Shown piece after piece: positions 1 through 12,284 of a DNA stretch of 64,000 nt. The stretch lies in assembly GCA_001662655.1 (NCBI GenBank), contig KV460255.1; one strand, written 5' to 3'. The translations under genes were made by a program, and so were the position numbers. The notes below the pieces were generated by a model, which saw only the letters and a program-made list of their open reading frames with translations, was not told the DNA's origin and did no database searches. Numbering within the stretch: position 1 is the first letter of the stretch; every line of letters begins with the position of its first letter. Origin of the DNA: Pseudogymnoascus verrucosus (Eukaryota).

Positions 1-2025
1 ACAAGTGTTGCCAATATTATCCAGGCCAACTGGCTGGTCTGCCGTAGATCGTTGCGGAGCAACGACGGCGTTAGGATCACTGATCTTGGCGAAGAGGAAA
101 TTGCTGTTTCTTGACTTTGCAATGACACGAATAGCCTCCAAAAAGCTTTCTTTGGATCCCAGTGGTGCATCCTCTATGAGGGTCTGATAGTATGCAAAGA
201 CAGACTCCTCAGATGCGTTCTCATCTTGGATCTGAAGCCTTTTATAAGCTTCCTTCACAGTCAGGTTCGAAGTAACACTGCCTGCCTCCATGGTAGCAGC
301 AGCTATTTGCAGTGATAGATCTCTCCTTGTGTTTCCGATCACACTAAGCATGGGTGCAACAATACTCTTGTCGACATCAGCGGCCACAGCGATTGCTTGA
401 GCTTCAATGAAGTCGGACGGAGTGTCCGCTGTGACATTAAGATATTCGAGAGCCTCTTCGTAGGTGACGGCTCTATTATTTGCGACTTCTTGGATCTTTG
501 CACTATTTCTTGCTTTGCCGATCAATAGCAGTGACCGCCTTGCCGCGTCCTTCTGGATAGGAGCAGCTTCTATTCTCGACTTATAGACGCCGATAATATG
601 ATCATCTCCATGGTCGACGGCTGGGTTAAGTGCGAAAAACTTGTACGCATCGTCAATTTCCGTAAGTGTGTTTTCTCCTAGTGACACGATCTTGACAAAC
701 TCTTCTTCGAGGAAGGGACTGCCTCGGCCTTTGCCAATACCCTGGAGACATTCCAAATAGTAGGGTTTATGACTTGGATCACAGTCCCTCTGTCTGCTAT
801 ACGCGAAGAATATGAGTTCATCAGAGAAACTCGATGTTGCGCCTAAGCTCGCATAATGTGGGTGTTCAATCGCCTCAAGATTCACGATTCTAGAGTCCGT
901 TGGAAAGTTGAGGATGCCCAAAGCAATGCGTAGGTCCTTCAGCGCTGGCAATGGGTTATACAGGATCTGAGAGTTGCCCTGCTTGAGCTCTTCAGCTGGG
1001 CGATCTGCAAGACGCTGAGAAACCTCGCATAAAACATCCTCGACAAAATTTCTGTTTGTTTTAGCTACCACAGCACCAGTTGCCTCTGTTGCAGGTGACA
1101 CAGCCGGCAGTGACCAGAATCCTTCTTCCTCTTCGACCTGGAAAAATTAGTATGGCCCATGGACACGGCAAAATCATGAGATAAAAGGAATTAAGGAATT
1201 GATAAAAACAAAACTTACATCACCATTCTTTACCCGCTCCTGCTCATAGGTAAATCCGAGGTATTCGAGAAGGTCCTTGCATTCGTAACCAAATGCCAGC
1301 AAGAATCTCTTGTTGCGGGCAGCTATTCTCTTCGATTCTCCAGGAGCATTAGTTAATGCATGCGTGAGGTATGTCCGGATCACAGCGAGAACTTCACAAG
1401 GAAGCGAAGGCCTGCTCTCTCCATAGCGATCTGGGTCCTCTTCGATGACTTTAGCTCCTCGCGCATAAACCTTTTGTGGACTTAATAACAACGCCGACTG
1501 TGCACGATTCAACCTTGGAGGAGAGATCCGAATAGTCACAGTTGCTGGGCAACTGAACGCTGAGCATGAGAATGCATGTTGCTCCTTGTAGTTGTCATAT
1601 TTATTCTCGGGCCTCCCAAGCTCCTCTTGTGTCCGAAACTCCGACCCAACATACTGGAAGTGATGCAGCGGGTTAGGAGTGCCAGCTTGACAAGGAATGT
1701 TTTTGCCAGGCTGCTGCGTGTAGTCCACAATAACGTCGAAATGGTGCAAACAGAATGAACAATATGAGGCCGAGAAACATTGTGTTTGTGTCGTAGGTTT
1801 TTTGTCGAAGGGGGGGATGCTGCTCTGCCAGTCCTTTCGACACAAGAAATGGTGACAGTCATTCGGATGTGTGCGCGGAGGATAGCTCTTGTTTGGCTTG
1901 TAGATTGGAGCAGGGTCGATGAGGAGGTTGCCGCCGTTCGCTCGAGGCCTTGAGCTGTCGTAATCTAATAGATCTTCGAGTAACCGCGGACCCGTCTTCC
2001 CTGGAAAGAGATGAGAGGTTAGCAT
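1..2025 (-). CDS. UBP2: Ubiquitin carboxyl-terminal hydrolase 2-like, 5' part (runs off the window)
   Basis: ATG at 2025; intron 1218..1138 (GTAAGT...CAG); exon 2 continues towards the window edge. The N-terminus (GKTGPRLLEDLLDYD, Cys/His clusters, RISPPRL) resembles Pezizomycotina Ubp2 from recall; the catalytic domain lies outside the window. Confidence 0.72.
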
Positions 2026-2795
2026 TTGACTTTATGCAGCGAAAATTCACAGCAGAAGCTCACCTGGACCTGTGCCTTCATATGCGCCCTCCATGGTGCA
2101 GATGTGCTGCTCTTGTCTTTGTGAACAACCACAAGCTGGCACCGGGGATAGACAACAATATGAACAACACTATCGCTGAGTATGCTCAAAGACCTTGATA
2201 TTGGACCAGGCAGAATGTGGTTATGTCTAGTCCTTTGTCTTTAAACAAGGCTACGGTGAAGGGGCGTAATGGGTTTGTTGCGGCACATGCGGTTTGAAGC
2301 TCAGTTCAGTTATAGTCAACAAGCTCGGTGAGGGGTTGTTGAGCGGGCAAATGATGTAGTTGAAAACGAATTTGGAGATAAAGACGAGAGGTTATGTATA
2401 GCTGTTTCTGTACACTGTAGTTCATGAGCTTCTAGGCTTTTATTTTCTGATCTACATATACATATATGTTATCGAGGATGCTGCCGCGAAGGCCAGTTCA
2501 GTACATAGGCGCAGGCAGGCATACAAAGCATACATACGTACTATGCCATGGCATGTACTTGTGCAGTAGAGTACAAGTACAAAGTATACTCGAGCTTGCA
2601 CAGTAATACAGTACCTGGTTGAGGGTGAGCCAAAAACAGGCATGGAACTTTAGCGCGCGGCATCTTCCGCGGCTACAGCGTACAGTGCCGTTCACCACGT
2701 CCCAAACGAAAGGTCCGCTTCAGAAGTGAGCTTAATCGATTGAAATTGAACACCCTCAACCTCCACCAGCAGATCTACAGCACAACGCGTTGAAG

Positions 2796-3541
2796 ATGGG
2801 CGCCGACGAAGGGGTATATCATCCGCAGGATGCCATTGGTGCCGCCATTACCGGTACAATGATTACGGGTGGCGCCGGATTGTTCATGTCTGCAGTTCAG
2901 AATGCTCTCGCCAGAAAGAATGTTGGCCCATGGGGAGTCTTCACCAGGAGTGGTTCGACAATCGCTGTTTTCGGTATGTGGCCTCTCTCGACAGACTTGT
3001 GAAATGCGGCTAATGGGAGTTCAGCGGCGATGGGCGGTACATATGAATTCACCAAATTCGCGGCCGCCAACTTGAGGCAGAAGAACGACAGCTTGAACCC
3101 GGCCTTGGGTGGCCTTCTTGCGGGTTCAGTGCTTGGATTCAAGCGTAAGAATCCTCTCCAGTACCTTGCGAGGCATCAATTGGTTCTTTGCTGACCAAAA
3201 CACAGAGGGTTCGCTACCGGCTGTTCTGGGTTATGGAACTATGGCAGCGGTTCTGCTGGGCGCTTTCGATTACACAGGAGGCCGAATTAAAGGCTGGAAC
3301 AGAGACCCAGAGTCTGATGAGTTTGAGCGAAAGCAATACATGAGGAAGAACAGACGCCGTCCGATAGAGCAGACGATTTCTGAAGTTGGAGAGGGCCGAG
3401 GTACGTTGTGCTATATGGGCTGATTACGCGCTCAATTTTTGCTAACCCGACCTAGGAGTATATGGACCTGGTTACCTGGACAGGAGGAAGGAGAGGATCA
3501 AGGAGGCATACGGCATTGATGTGCCGGGTGAATCGTCCTAG
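2796..3541 (+). CDS. NADH-ubiquinone oxidoreductase 21.3 kDa subunit (NDUFA11, Tim17/22/23-like family)
   Basis: Four exons: 2796-2973, 3025-3144, 3206-3400, 3456-3541. Spliced protein has Gly-rich TM segments, ANLRQKNDSLNPALGG, and RKNRRRPIEQTISEVGEGRGVYGPGY. Confidence 0.85.
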
Positions 3542-4545
3542 ATTTCCTGTTTACTTCGCTTTCTAGACACCGATTGAACTTTATGTACTGTACATATATA
3601 ACAAATGATCCGAACCCAACCGGTAACTGGACTTCCAAAAATATATCCCTTTGTTAAACAATTGCCCGAGGAGATACTCGTGCTGCCCGAAAGTCTGAAG
3701 AGAGACTCCCTTTGATGCGGATTGATATCGGGACTCCGATTCAACAGAATCTCTCTCTTCAGCCCCATGAATGAGTAACTGTCTTATCGATTGTAGCTCT
3801 AACTAATTGAGCTCCTTTATTTTAATCAGACATAGGTCCTGTAAATAGAAGTTGTTGTCCATAGTCCTCCTTTACATGGCCGGCAATGATAGGAGGGTGT
3901 ATAGTCTCGTGAAACGTGAAGATTTGAGGCAGGATTCTAGAAAATAGACTTCATATACTCGTGCCACACAAAGTCCAGAGAAGAGGCTCCTATGACCGTG
4001 GATTCAAACTAGCAATTTAAACTGATGGCGGTCCGAGAACTGGCTGTTCTCTTCCATTGGTAACCCCACAATTGTACGCTTCGCCTCGTGCCGCCATCGC
4101 ACCCCGATAGGCCTGCCGTATCCAATATCTGACCAGGAACAACACATAGTAACGGCGATTTATAACAGCAATGCGGTGATTGGGACGAACGTTGAGGATA
4201 TTCCGATACTTGGTCCAGAAAGAGTAATTTTGGCTGACCCGGTCCCTGTGCGATCATCGACTTCAAACTTGGCTAAACCTTGCTTGACGTGCAGTTGGAC
4301 CCTGCGGCAGAAGTGGTGCCACTTCCAATAAGATAAAGTCAGAGCGGTATCATCGACCTCGTCTTATTTCAGAATCAACACCAAACGCCAAAAGCTATAT
4401 TTACGCTTCTTGAATAGTCCACCTGGTTACGCTTTGCCATTTAGAAGGTAGTTGACTATAATTGACCTAATATCAGACCTTCAAGGCAAGCGGTTATAAG
4501 CAGAAACTGTACATCTATCTATTCGCTTTTTTAAGGGACCTCAAA

Positions 4546-5840
4546 ATGGAACAAGCTGTCGGTGGCACAGGGACTCTCCCAAGAAAGCCATTTAATGATG
4601 CTTCCAAATCTCATGCAGACTTGAAGGACAATTTTTACCGCTATTTCCAGCAAGAAGTCACAGGTATATTATATTGTCCACAGCCCCCAAAGTTGCTTTA
4701 TACTGACACCATTCATAGATCTCCAAGACCAGATTGATAAGCTGGAACGAACCGCATTTGTTGGCGGTGAAAGACAGGATGCCATTGACTACTGTCTGGC
4801 CAGCATCTCCAGGCTCACCACAGAAGTCCACGATGCATTAGACTTCATCCCCGCGTATGATCAACGGGCATACACAGCAGTTGGTCCTACTTCGATATTT
4901 CATAGTCTACGGTTCTCTAATCCACTCGTAGGCAATCAATAGCCTCACGGACAAGTTCCACGAAGCCCGCGCAAAGTTTGCACCAAAGTCACGTTTTGCT
5001 TTCAAAATCAAGAAAAACGAATCTGCCCTGTCTCTCCAGGATGTTGCTGCCGCTGCGGCAATTACAGCACGAAAGACAGACTCGGAGAACAAGACATCCG
5101 AGTCAAATAATGGTGAACCCACCAGGCCAGCAGCGAGCAGTGTCCAGCCTCCCCCAAAGGATTATAACGCCGAGATTTCCGAAAATTCTGCCCGCATTCG
5201 CGCTCCCAGCTTCAGGAAAGCTAATTCAGTCGCCATCTCGGATCACGAAGGCCTACACATCATCCTGCCGTCCTCAGCAGCCCATGCCACGTCCTCGGGA
5301 TCCCTTACCGACCTCAGCAAATGCATTGTGGATATGTCCATATCGACTGCCAATGGCCAACCCTTTGCAGGACTGGCACTGAAAAACATAACAAATTCCC
5401 TCATTGTGGCGGGACAGGTCGCAGGTGCAACACACATTACCAATGTCCAGGACACGGTTGTGGTGGTCTCGAGTCGACAGGTGAGGATGCACGATTGCAA
5501 CAATGTGGATGTCTACCTTTCCTGCATGAGCAGGCCTATCATTGAAGACTGCAAGAATATCAGGTTTGCTCCGATTCCAAAGTGCTATGTAAGTAACCCC
5601 CTCACCATGCAACTATACGCTGTGCTTATTATTTTGCAGGAGGTGCCGCCAGATGAGCCCACAGAAAATCATTGGGATCAGGTCGACGACTTCAAGTGGC
5701 TCAAGGCGGAGAAAAGCCCTAACTGGAGTATTCTTTTGGAATCAGAGAGGTTGCCCGAGGCAATATGGACTACCGTCGTTCCCGGGAAGCCTGGGATGGC
5801 GGCTGAGGATATCCTCAAGCAGGTCGGGACGTCTAAATAG
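4546..5840 (+). CDS. Tubulin-binding cofactor C
   Basis: Introns 4664-4718, 4880-4931, 5589-5639 give one open frame. TBCC beta-helix motifs RQVRMHDC, SRPIIEDC, NHWDQVDDFKWLK...SPNW. Confidence 0.9.
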
Positions 5841-6315
5841 CTGGGATATGTTACGGAGAGGCTGGACCTCATATGAGCACATCTCCGAATTATGCACGCA
5901 AGGGCTAATATGGGAACTTATAAATGGCATGTTCTATGACTTAAATTAATATTTTATTGGTTTGGAGACGATATGATACGTCTAATGTCATGAGATCAAG
6001 GTTTTGCTACCCTTCGCAGACACCCATATTTTTTTGGCAGGACAGCCTTGGGTGATTCCCATGCCGAGGTCGAGAAGGATGCTGCGAGGGCCGCCTAATA
6101 TTCCCATGCGTCACCTCAAATCCACTTCCACCTTTCTGTCTTCCTGCAACTGGCTACCAGGGCAAAACCACAGGTCTGGATGCCTCTCATATCCACTTGG
6201 AACCTGGCTTCGCCTGCGTTTCTCAGTATGCCACCCCCACTGCGCTCGTCGACGCGTCACCACCTTCTCATGGCGATTGCGTATTTGTATATCCTACCCT
6301 CATCTCCGCCCATCT

Positions 6316-6825
6316 TCACTTCCCATCCTCATACCCCTCCATAACCGTATCCCCCTTCCCAGCCCTCCCCCCCACCTCACTCAAACTCTTCAACGCAGCC
6401 CTCTGTTCCCTAATCCTGCTCTCCAGCGCCCTAATCTCCACCTCCTGTTCCTCAATACTCATCCCAATCCCCGGCAGCTGCGCAACCTCCACCCTCGCAC
6501 GCTGTAATCTATGCTTCAACGCGTCCGTCGCGGCGGGGATCTCTTTCGTGCTCAGCGCGCCCGTCGCGTCGGGGCGGAGTTGCGATGATGAGGGCTGCGA
6601 TGTGAATGAGGGGGTGCCGAAGGAGGTTGCTGGCATGGGGGAGGCGCCGGGAGCGTTGGAGGAAGTGGGGGGCTGGACGCGGCTTAGGATGGAGGTGAGG
6701 ACGGGGATGGTGTCGAGCATGGCGGGGGAGAGGTTGTCGGAGAGGGTTGTGGGCTGGGAGGATGACGAGGGATTGGTGGGCTGTGAGGCGCTGGGGGCGG
6801 AGGAGAACGAGGGTGAGGTCGACAT
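6316..6825 (-). CDS. MED9: Mediator complex subunit 9-like
   Basis: Single exon, ATG at 6825. C-terminal ALKHRLQRARVEVAQLPGIGMSIEEQEVEIRALESRIREQRAAL coiled coil is typical of fungal Med9. Confidence 0.75.
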   Translation of the reverse strand: MSTSPSFSSAPSASQPTNPSSSSQPTTLSDNLSPAMLDTIPVLTSILSRVQPPTSSNAPGASPMPATSFGTPSFTSQPSSSQLRPDATGALSTKEIPAATDALKHRLQRARVEVAQLPGIGMSIEEQEVEIRALESRIREQRAALKSLSEVGGRAGKGDTVMEGYEDGK

Positions 6826-7285
6826 GGTGTAGAGCTTGACGTTCAAGGTGCTGGTGTAAAGTGAGGCTCAGCTGAGATGGGGTGGTAGGTCGAGTTTAGC
6901 TCGACTAGGCGTAGGCGCGCAGGTGTCTAGTTTAGTGGTTGAGCCTGAATGGTATAAATATCTTTATTTTCGCCGGTTCCCAGGGGCCGAAACCCGTCTT
7001 GCTCTTTGGTAATGATTTGCGGAGGATATGACTTTTGTAAGACGGCCCGTTAGATAACAGACGCTGCGTTTCGTTGGTGGGGTGGTTGTGGCATGGAATT
7101 AGCGGCCAGGTACTGTACAAATATAGCGATGTCAGTGGAGATTGTGTTGTCGCCGAAGAACGGGGTGACGTACTGAGGGGTCCCTGAGAGCGAGAGTACA
7201 ACAACCCACCCCCACCTCAACCTCATTCTCAACTTTTTTGTTCCGATTCCTTCGTTATTTCAAGACACCCCCAACACCCGTCAAT

Positions 7286-9015
7286 ATGTCTAAAGTTGAC
7301 CAGAAAGCTGTGCTCAGTAAGTCTCCTATCTTCTATACGTCCTCGATATTCTTGAATTGGCATAGCTAATCGTAGCTAGTCGTGATTGATGGTTGGGGAA
7401 TCCCCTCCGAGTCGTCGCCGAAAGATGGCGATGCGATCACCAACGCCAACACTCCGGTCATGGACGAATTCTACAAGAATGCCGACGGTTTCATTGGACT
7501 CGAGGCTTCATCCCTCGCGGTCGGCTTGCCAGAAGGCCTCATGGGCAACTCTGAGGTCGGACATCTGAACATCGGCGCTGGGCGTGTGGTGTGGCAGGAT
7601 GTTGTCCGCATCGACCAGACAATCCGAAACAACGAATTGGACAAGAACGAGATTATCATGAAGACATTCCAGGATGCGAAGAATGGAACTGGGCGCCTGC
7701 ATTTGTGCGGTCTCATCTCTGACGGCGGCGTGGTAAGTCATCCCTCGTGCGATTGGATTGAAATGTACTAAATGATTCCCAGCACTCCAAGCAAGATCAC
7801 CTTTACGCCCTCCTCAAGGTGGCCAAGGAAGTTGGTATTCCCCACGTCTACATCCATTTCTTCGGCGATGGACGCGACACCGACCCCAAGTCTGGCGCCG
7901 GCTACATGCAGCAGCTCGTCGACAAGACCAAGGAAATCGGCATCGGAGAGATCGCCACAGTGGTTGGCCGCTACTACGCCATGGACCGCGACAAGCGCTG
8001 GGACAGAGTCGAGGTTGCGCTCAAGGGTATGGTTCTGGGAGAGGGCGAGGACAGCAGCGACCCCGTCGCAACTGTCAAGGAGAGGTACAGCAAGGATGAG
8101 AACGACGAGTTCCTGAAGCCCATCATTGTCGGCGGAAAAGAGCGCCGCATCCAGGACAACGACGAGGTCTTCTTCTTCAACTATCGTTCCGACCGTGTCC
8201 GCGAAATCACCCAACTTCTCGGCGATGTCGATCGTTCCCCAAAGCCGGATTTCGCATACCCAAAGAACATCAGGCTCACGACTATGACCCAGTACAAGCT
8301 TGATTACCCATTCACCATTGCATTCAAGCCGCAACACATGGGTATGGTTCTCGCTGAGACTCTTGGTGCCCAGGGTGTCAAGCAAGTCCACATTGCCGAG
8401 ACCGAGAAGTACGCTCACGTCACCTTCTTCTTCAACGGTGGTGTCGAGAAGGTCTTCCCTCTTGAGGAGCGTGATGAGTCCCAGGATCTCGTCCCCTCCA
8501 ACAAGACCGTCGCTACCTACGATCTTGCCCCAGAGATGAGCGCCGCTGGCGTTGCCAAGCAGGTGTCCAAGAGAATCCAGGAGCAGGAGTACCCGTTCGT
8601 CATGAACAACTTCGCGCCTCCCGACATGGTTGGCCACACCGGTGTGTACGAGGCTGCCATCAAGGGAGTAGAGGCCACCGATAAGGCCATCGGGGAGATT
8701 TACGAGACGTGCAAGAAGGAGAACTACGTTCTTTTCATCACCTCTGATCACGGGTAAGTTGCGATCTTCAGGATTTACAATAACAACCTAACATCATATA
8801 GTAACGCCGAGGAGATGAAGTTCGCAGATGGAAAGCCAAAGACCTCCCACACCACCAACAAGGTCCCATTCATCATGGCGAACGCCCCCAAGGGCTGGTC
8901 GCTCAAGGCCACCGAAGACGGTGTCCTGGGAGACGTCGCCCCAACGATCCTGGAGGTCATGGGACTTTCCCAGCCCGAGGAGATGACCGGCCACAGCCTT
9001 CTGGTCAAGAGTTAG
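7286..9015 (+). CDS. 2,3-bisphosphoglycerate-independent phosphoglycerate mutase (iPGM)
   Basis: ATG 7286; introns 7317-7379, ~7733-7782, ~8754-8801. Motifs IDGWG, MGNSEVGHLNIGAGR, DGRDT, GRYYAMDRD, AETEKYAHVTFFFNGG, DMVGHTG, TSDHGN. Confidence 0.96.
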
Positions 9016-9461
9016 ATGGGCCCACTGCAATCAGCGACGATGGAATAGAGAGCTAAACAAGTAGCAGGTAAGAAGCGTCCTCACGAGGAATGAACGAGTC
9101 ACGAACGCGGAAATATGCCGACAGATAGACACAACATATAGATAAACAATAGAGAGAATCGCTCTGTAAATTACTGTAACGTACTGTAGAAAATAGTTGA
9201 GAGGATGCTCTCGCTCTCCTCCATTTCGAATTCATAAAGTGAGAAACACGTGACCTGCTGTTCATTGATCGCGTAAAGTTGCCTCACTTTTCCTCGCCAA
9301 AACTTGCCGAAGCCTACACACTCGGTAGCCCTAATTTTGTTCCATGAAGCTCGAAAACTTCAGCGCCAACGGACATCCCACCTTGACCATCTACCGCGCG
9401 TCAACGACAAGACCCAGCTCCCAACCACTCCCACCTCTCCACCACCTCACCATCAAACATC

Positions 9462-10434
9462 ATGGGTATCCCATTCGATTACGCGCCGGAGCGCCCAGAG
9501 CACATCGAGGCGATCCTCAACGGACTCGACCGCTACAACCCCGAGACGACGACCATCTTCCAAGACTACGTCCAGCAGCAGTGCGACGACAAGACGTATG
9601 ACTGCTACGCCAACCTCGCGCTCCTGAAACTGTAGGTCATTTTTTCCGTATCTTCACCACTCAGGCAACAGTGGAGGCCCAAATGATGTATAAACCATAT
9701 TGTCAAAGACCTGTAGGACACCGGAGAATGAATCCCTCCAGTCCAACGAAGTATTATTATTAGCTCTATCTGAACCACCCTCCACTGTTGCCTTTCCCTG
9801 CAATCCCCCCGCAGCATCCAGCACCTCGTACCCCTGAAAGAGCTCAAGCTAACGCGCTTTCCCCAGCTACCAATTCAACCCCCACCTCGCCCGCGACGAG
9901 ACCATCACCAACACCCTCGTCAAAGCCCTGACCGTCTTCCCCTCCCCGGACTTCTCGCTGTGCCTGCACCTCCTCCCCGCCCACATCCTGCAGCCAATCT
10001 CGACCTCGTCCGCCCTCCCCGCCGCCGGCGACGCCCCCCTCTCCGAAGCAGTCCAGAAGCTCGCCGTCCTCAACAACCTCCTCGCCGGCGCCTCGTACGC
10101 CAAGTTCTGGTCGACCCTCGACTCCGACGACCTGTACGCTGATCTCATTGCCGACGTCAACGGCTTCGAGGAGCTGATCCGCATCCGTATCGCTATGACT
10201 ATCTCGCAGGCTGTGCGCGAGGTCGAGCGCTCGGTGCTGGAGGCGTGGTTGGGACTGCAGGGTGAGGCGCTGGATAAGTTCGTCAGCGAGGTGTGTGGAT
10301 GGCAGGTTGAGGGCACGGTGGTTAAGGTGCCGCTGAACAAGGAGAATGAGGCGAAGGGCACGATGGTTAGGGAGAATGTCAAGATCGACCAGTTCTCGAG
10401 GGTCGTGAGGAGGGCGTATGAGTTGCCTGCTTAG
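9462..10434 (+). CDS. eIF3k: Eukaryotic translation initiation factor 3 subunit K
   Basis: Exons 9462-9631 and 9867-10434. Spliced protein [19 protein letters not shown]...[13 protein letters not shown]...[17 protein letters not shown]; 235-nt intron. Confidence 0.92.
9678..9776 (+). ncRNA. Intronic box C/D snoRNA, predicted guide for 18S rRNA 2'-O-methylation
   Basis: Box C-like ATGATGT 9683-9689; box D CTGA 9770-9773. Guide TATTAGCTCTA 9758-9768 is complementary to conserved 18S UAGAGCUAAUA. Flanked by a perfect 15-bp inverted repeat (9663-9677 / 9779-9793). Confidence 0.85.
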
Positions 10435-10778
10435 ATTGGGTAATTCGTGGGCTGGCTGGGGAAGATTGGGTTTTGTATTGGAAGAGCATGGAATGGCGTT
10501 TAGGCTGGCGTTGATGAGCAGACGATGACACATGAGTCTAATCGAGTTGTCCGCATGGGTGATCGATGCAACGAAGTAGAAAGAAATATACTCCCTCGAA
10601 AGAGCATGGAACACCGTACTCCAACCTATTGTGTTTAATGATAAATACCAAATTATGCAATAACACCCCAACACTGAAAGCGGCTCAAGCGTATAGAACC
10701 ATGATTTGAAGATACCAATCTCACAACAAACAATAAATCCAAGAGCATAAGTTTTATTTAATATCTATCCCACCCCTA

Positions 10779-12284
10779 CTACCCCTCCCACTTCCTCCCC
10801 CCTCCTCCATCCTGCCCCAAATGAAACGCCTCCTCCTCAAATCCATGGTGCCCACCCCCCGCATCATGCAACCCCCCAAACCCCAACGCAAACTCCTCCC
10901 TCAACCCCCCCATAATCCTCGGATCCAACTCCAACCCCGCAGCACCATCATGTAAATGCCCCTGCGCCATCTCCCCATGCCCCGCCCCCGTCTGAAACGC
11001 ACTCGGCGGCTGCCCCGCGTACTCCAGCGCCGTGTAATATGGCTGCTCCCCGCCCATCTGATGCGGCGGGGCAGTCAGCGTCTTTTCCTGCGGGATAGGG
11101 GATGGAGGGTCATGGAACGCATCTACATCCCCATCCTCCGTAGCAGGGAGCAACGCAGGACTACCCTCCCCACTCCCCCCCAGCGCCACATACTCCCCCT
11201 CCCCCCCATCCAGCACCTTCCTCTTCGCAGGCACCACCCCCTTCGCCGCCTCCTTCTCCTTACACTCCTTACAATTCCTAATCACATCACTCACCGTCTC
11301 CTTAATCCTCACCCAGTGAAAACCCTCCGCTATCGCCGTCGTAGTCCGATTTATCCCCCCATGCCCACGCTCATGCACTTCCCGCGCAATCCCCCACTGC
11401 CTCTCCACCTCCGGCACCACCTCCCTCCCCTTCAGCATCAGGACGTCGTCTTCGCGGAGCCGATAATGCGTGGCTGCGCTGCGTAATCTGCTTTTCTCCG
11501 CGCGATCGGCGCCGTGGGGGTAGGTCCCGTACTTGAGGTAGAAGCGAATCTTATCGAATCTCTCCTCGCCCGCCTGCTCGTCCAGCGCCCCGCCGAGCTC
11601 GCGGCCGTAGATAATCGCGTCAACCAACCTATCAGGGTAGGAGCGCAGATTGCCGCAGCCGGGGACGCGGCCGATTTTCTTGAAGCCGAGCGCGTCCCAG
11701 ATTCGGCACGAGGCGACGTTGGTTTCGTACACGAGGTTGAAGACCGAGTAGGTATACCCCAGCAGAGGGGCCCAGGCTAGGTAGGCTTCCCCCATCAACC
11801 GGCCCACGCCGCGGTTGCGCGCGGAGTCGGTGACGAGGAAGCCGGCGTTGGAGATGTGGCTTGAGCGGCCTGTGTAGTTGGGTTTGATGTAGAATGAGCC
11901 TAGGCACTGCGTGGACCAATCGTGGCCTTCTGTGACGGCCGACGCAGACGCATAAGTGCCTAGTAGCATCACGGCGCCGAAGTTCTGGAACCAGTACTTG
12001 CTGAAGGCGTCGGCGGTCATGGTATCCATCATGGGGTAGGTGTCGCCCCCCTCGATCTCCTTGTTCATGGTATCGCTCAGATACTGGAGTAAGGTGGGAG
12101 GCACGCCATAGCGCGAGGAGAACGGGACGATGGTCGCGATGGTGGTGCGGTCGCGGAGGGTTACTTGGCGCGGGGTGAGGTCGGCGGGGAGGGAGGGTTG
12201 GGGGTCGTGAGGGTCGGGGAAGGGGGAGGTGCCGGAGCGGCGGTAGATGGTGGGGGTGGTGGGGTCGTCGATTATGGCGGGCAT
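10779..12284 (-). CDS. SPT10: Spt10-like GNAT acetyltransferase with H2C2 zinc-binding domain
   Basis: 501-aa ORF. GNAT motifs EIEGGDTYPM, GSFYIKPNY.GRSSH..NAGF, YSVFNLVYETNVAS..IWDALGF; H2C2 domain VHERGHGGINRT...CKEC. Confidence 0.88.
   Translation of the reverse strand: MPAIIDDPTTPTIYRRSGTSPFPDPHDPQPSLPADLTPRQVTLRDRTTIATIVPFSSRYGVPPTLLQYLSDTMNKEIEGGDTYPMMDTMTADAFSKYWFQNFGAVMLLGTYASASAVTEGHDWSTQCLGSFYIKPNYTGRSSHISNAGFLVTDSARNRGVGRLMGEAYLAWAPLLGYTYSVFNLVYETNVASCRIWDALGFKKIGRVPGCGNLRSYPDRLVDAIIYGRELGGALDEQAGEERFDKIRFYLKYGTYPHGADRAEKSRLRSAATHYRLREDDVLMLKGREVVPEVERQWGIAREVHERGHGGINRTTTAIAEGFHWVRIKETVSDVIRNCKECKEKEAAKGVVPAKRKVLDGGEGEYVALGGSGEGSPALLPATEDGDVDAFHDPPSPIPQEKTLTAPPHQMGGEQPYYTALEYAGQPPSAFQTGAGHGEMAQGHLHDGAAGLELDPRIMGGLREEFALGFGGLHDAGGGHHGFEEEAFHLGQDGGGGRKWEG

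Noticed and set aside
7768..8751. Long antisense ORFs (327 aa opposite iPGM; similar ones opposite RRP6, CCT7, POL2, apsB, MED9)
   Set aside because: Shadow frames produced by biased codon usage of the real genes; no recognisable domains.
7286..9015. Bacterial-type iPGM as a recent horizontal transfer
   Set aside because: It has three spliceosomal introns and host-like codon bias, and iPGM is the usual form in filamentous ascomycetes.
9013..9050. Cryptic peroxisomal PTS1 by stop readthrough (checked for iPGM and aldose epimerase)
   Set aside because: No TGA-CTA readthrough context; the iPGM extension ends ...TME with no SKL-like tripeptide.
11265..11400. Integrase-like H2C2 zinc-finger motif suggesting a retrotransposon
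   Set aside because: It is in frame within the Spt10-like protein, whose DNA-binding domain is known to be H2C2; no LTR, RT or integrase core is nearby.
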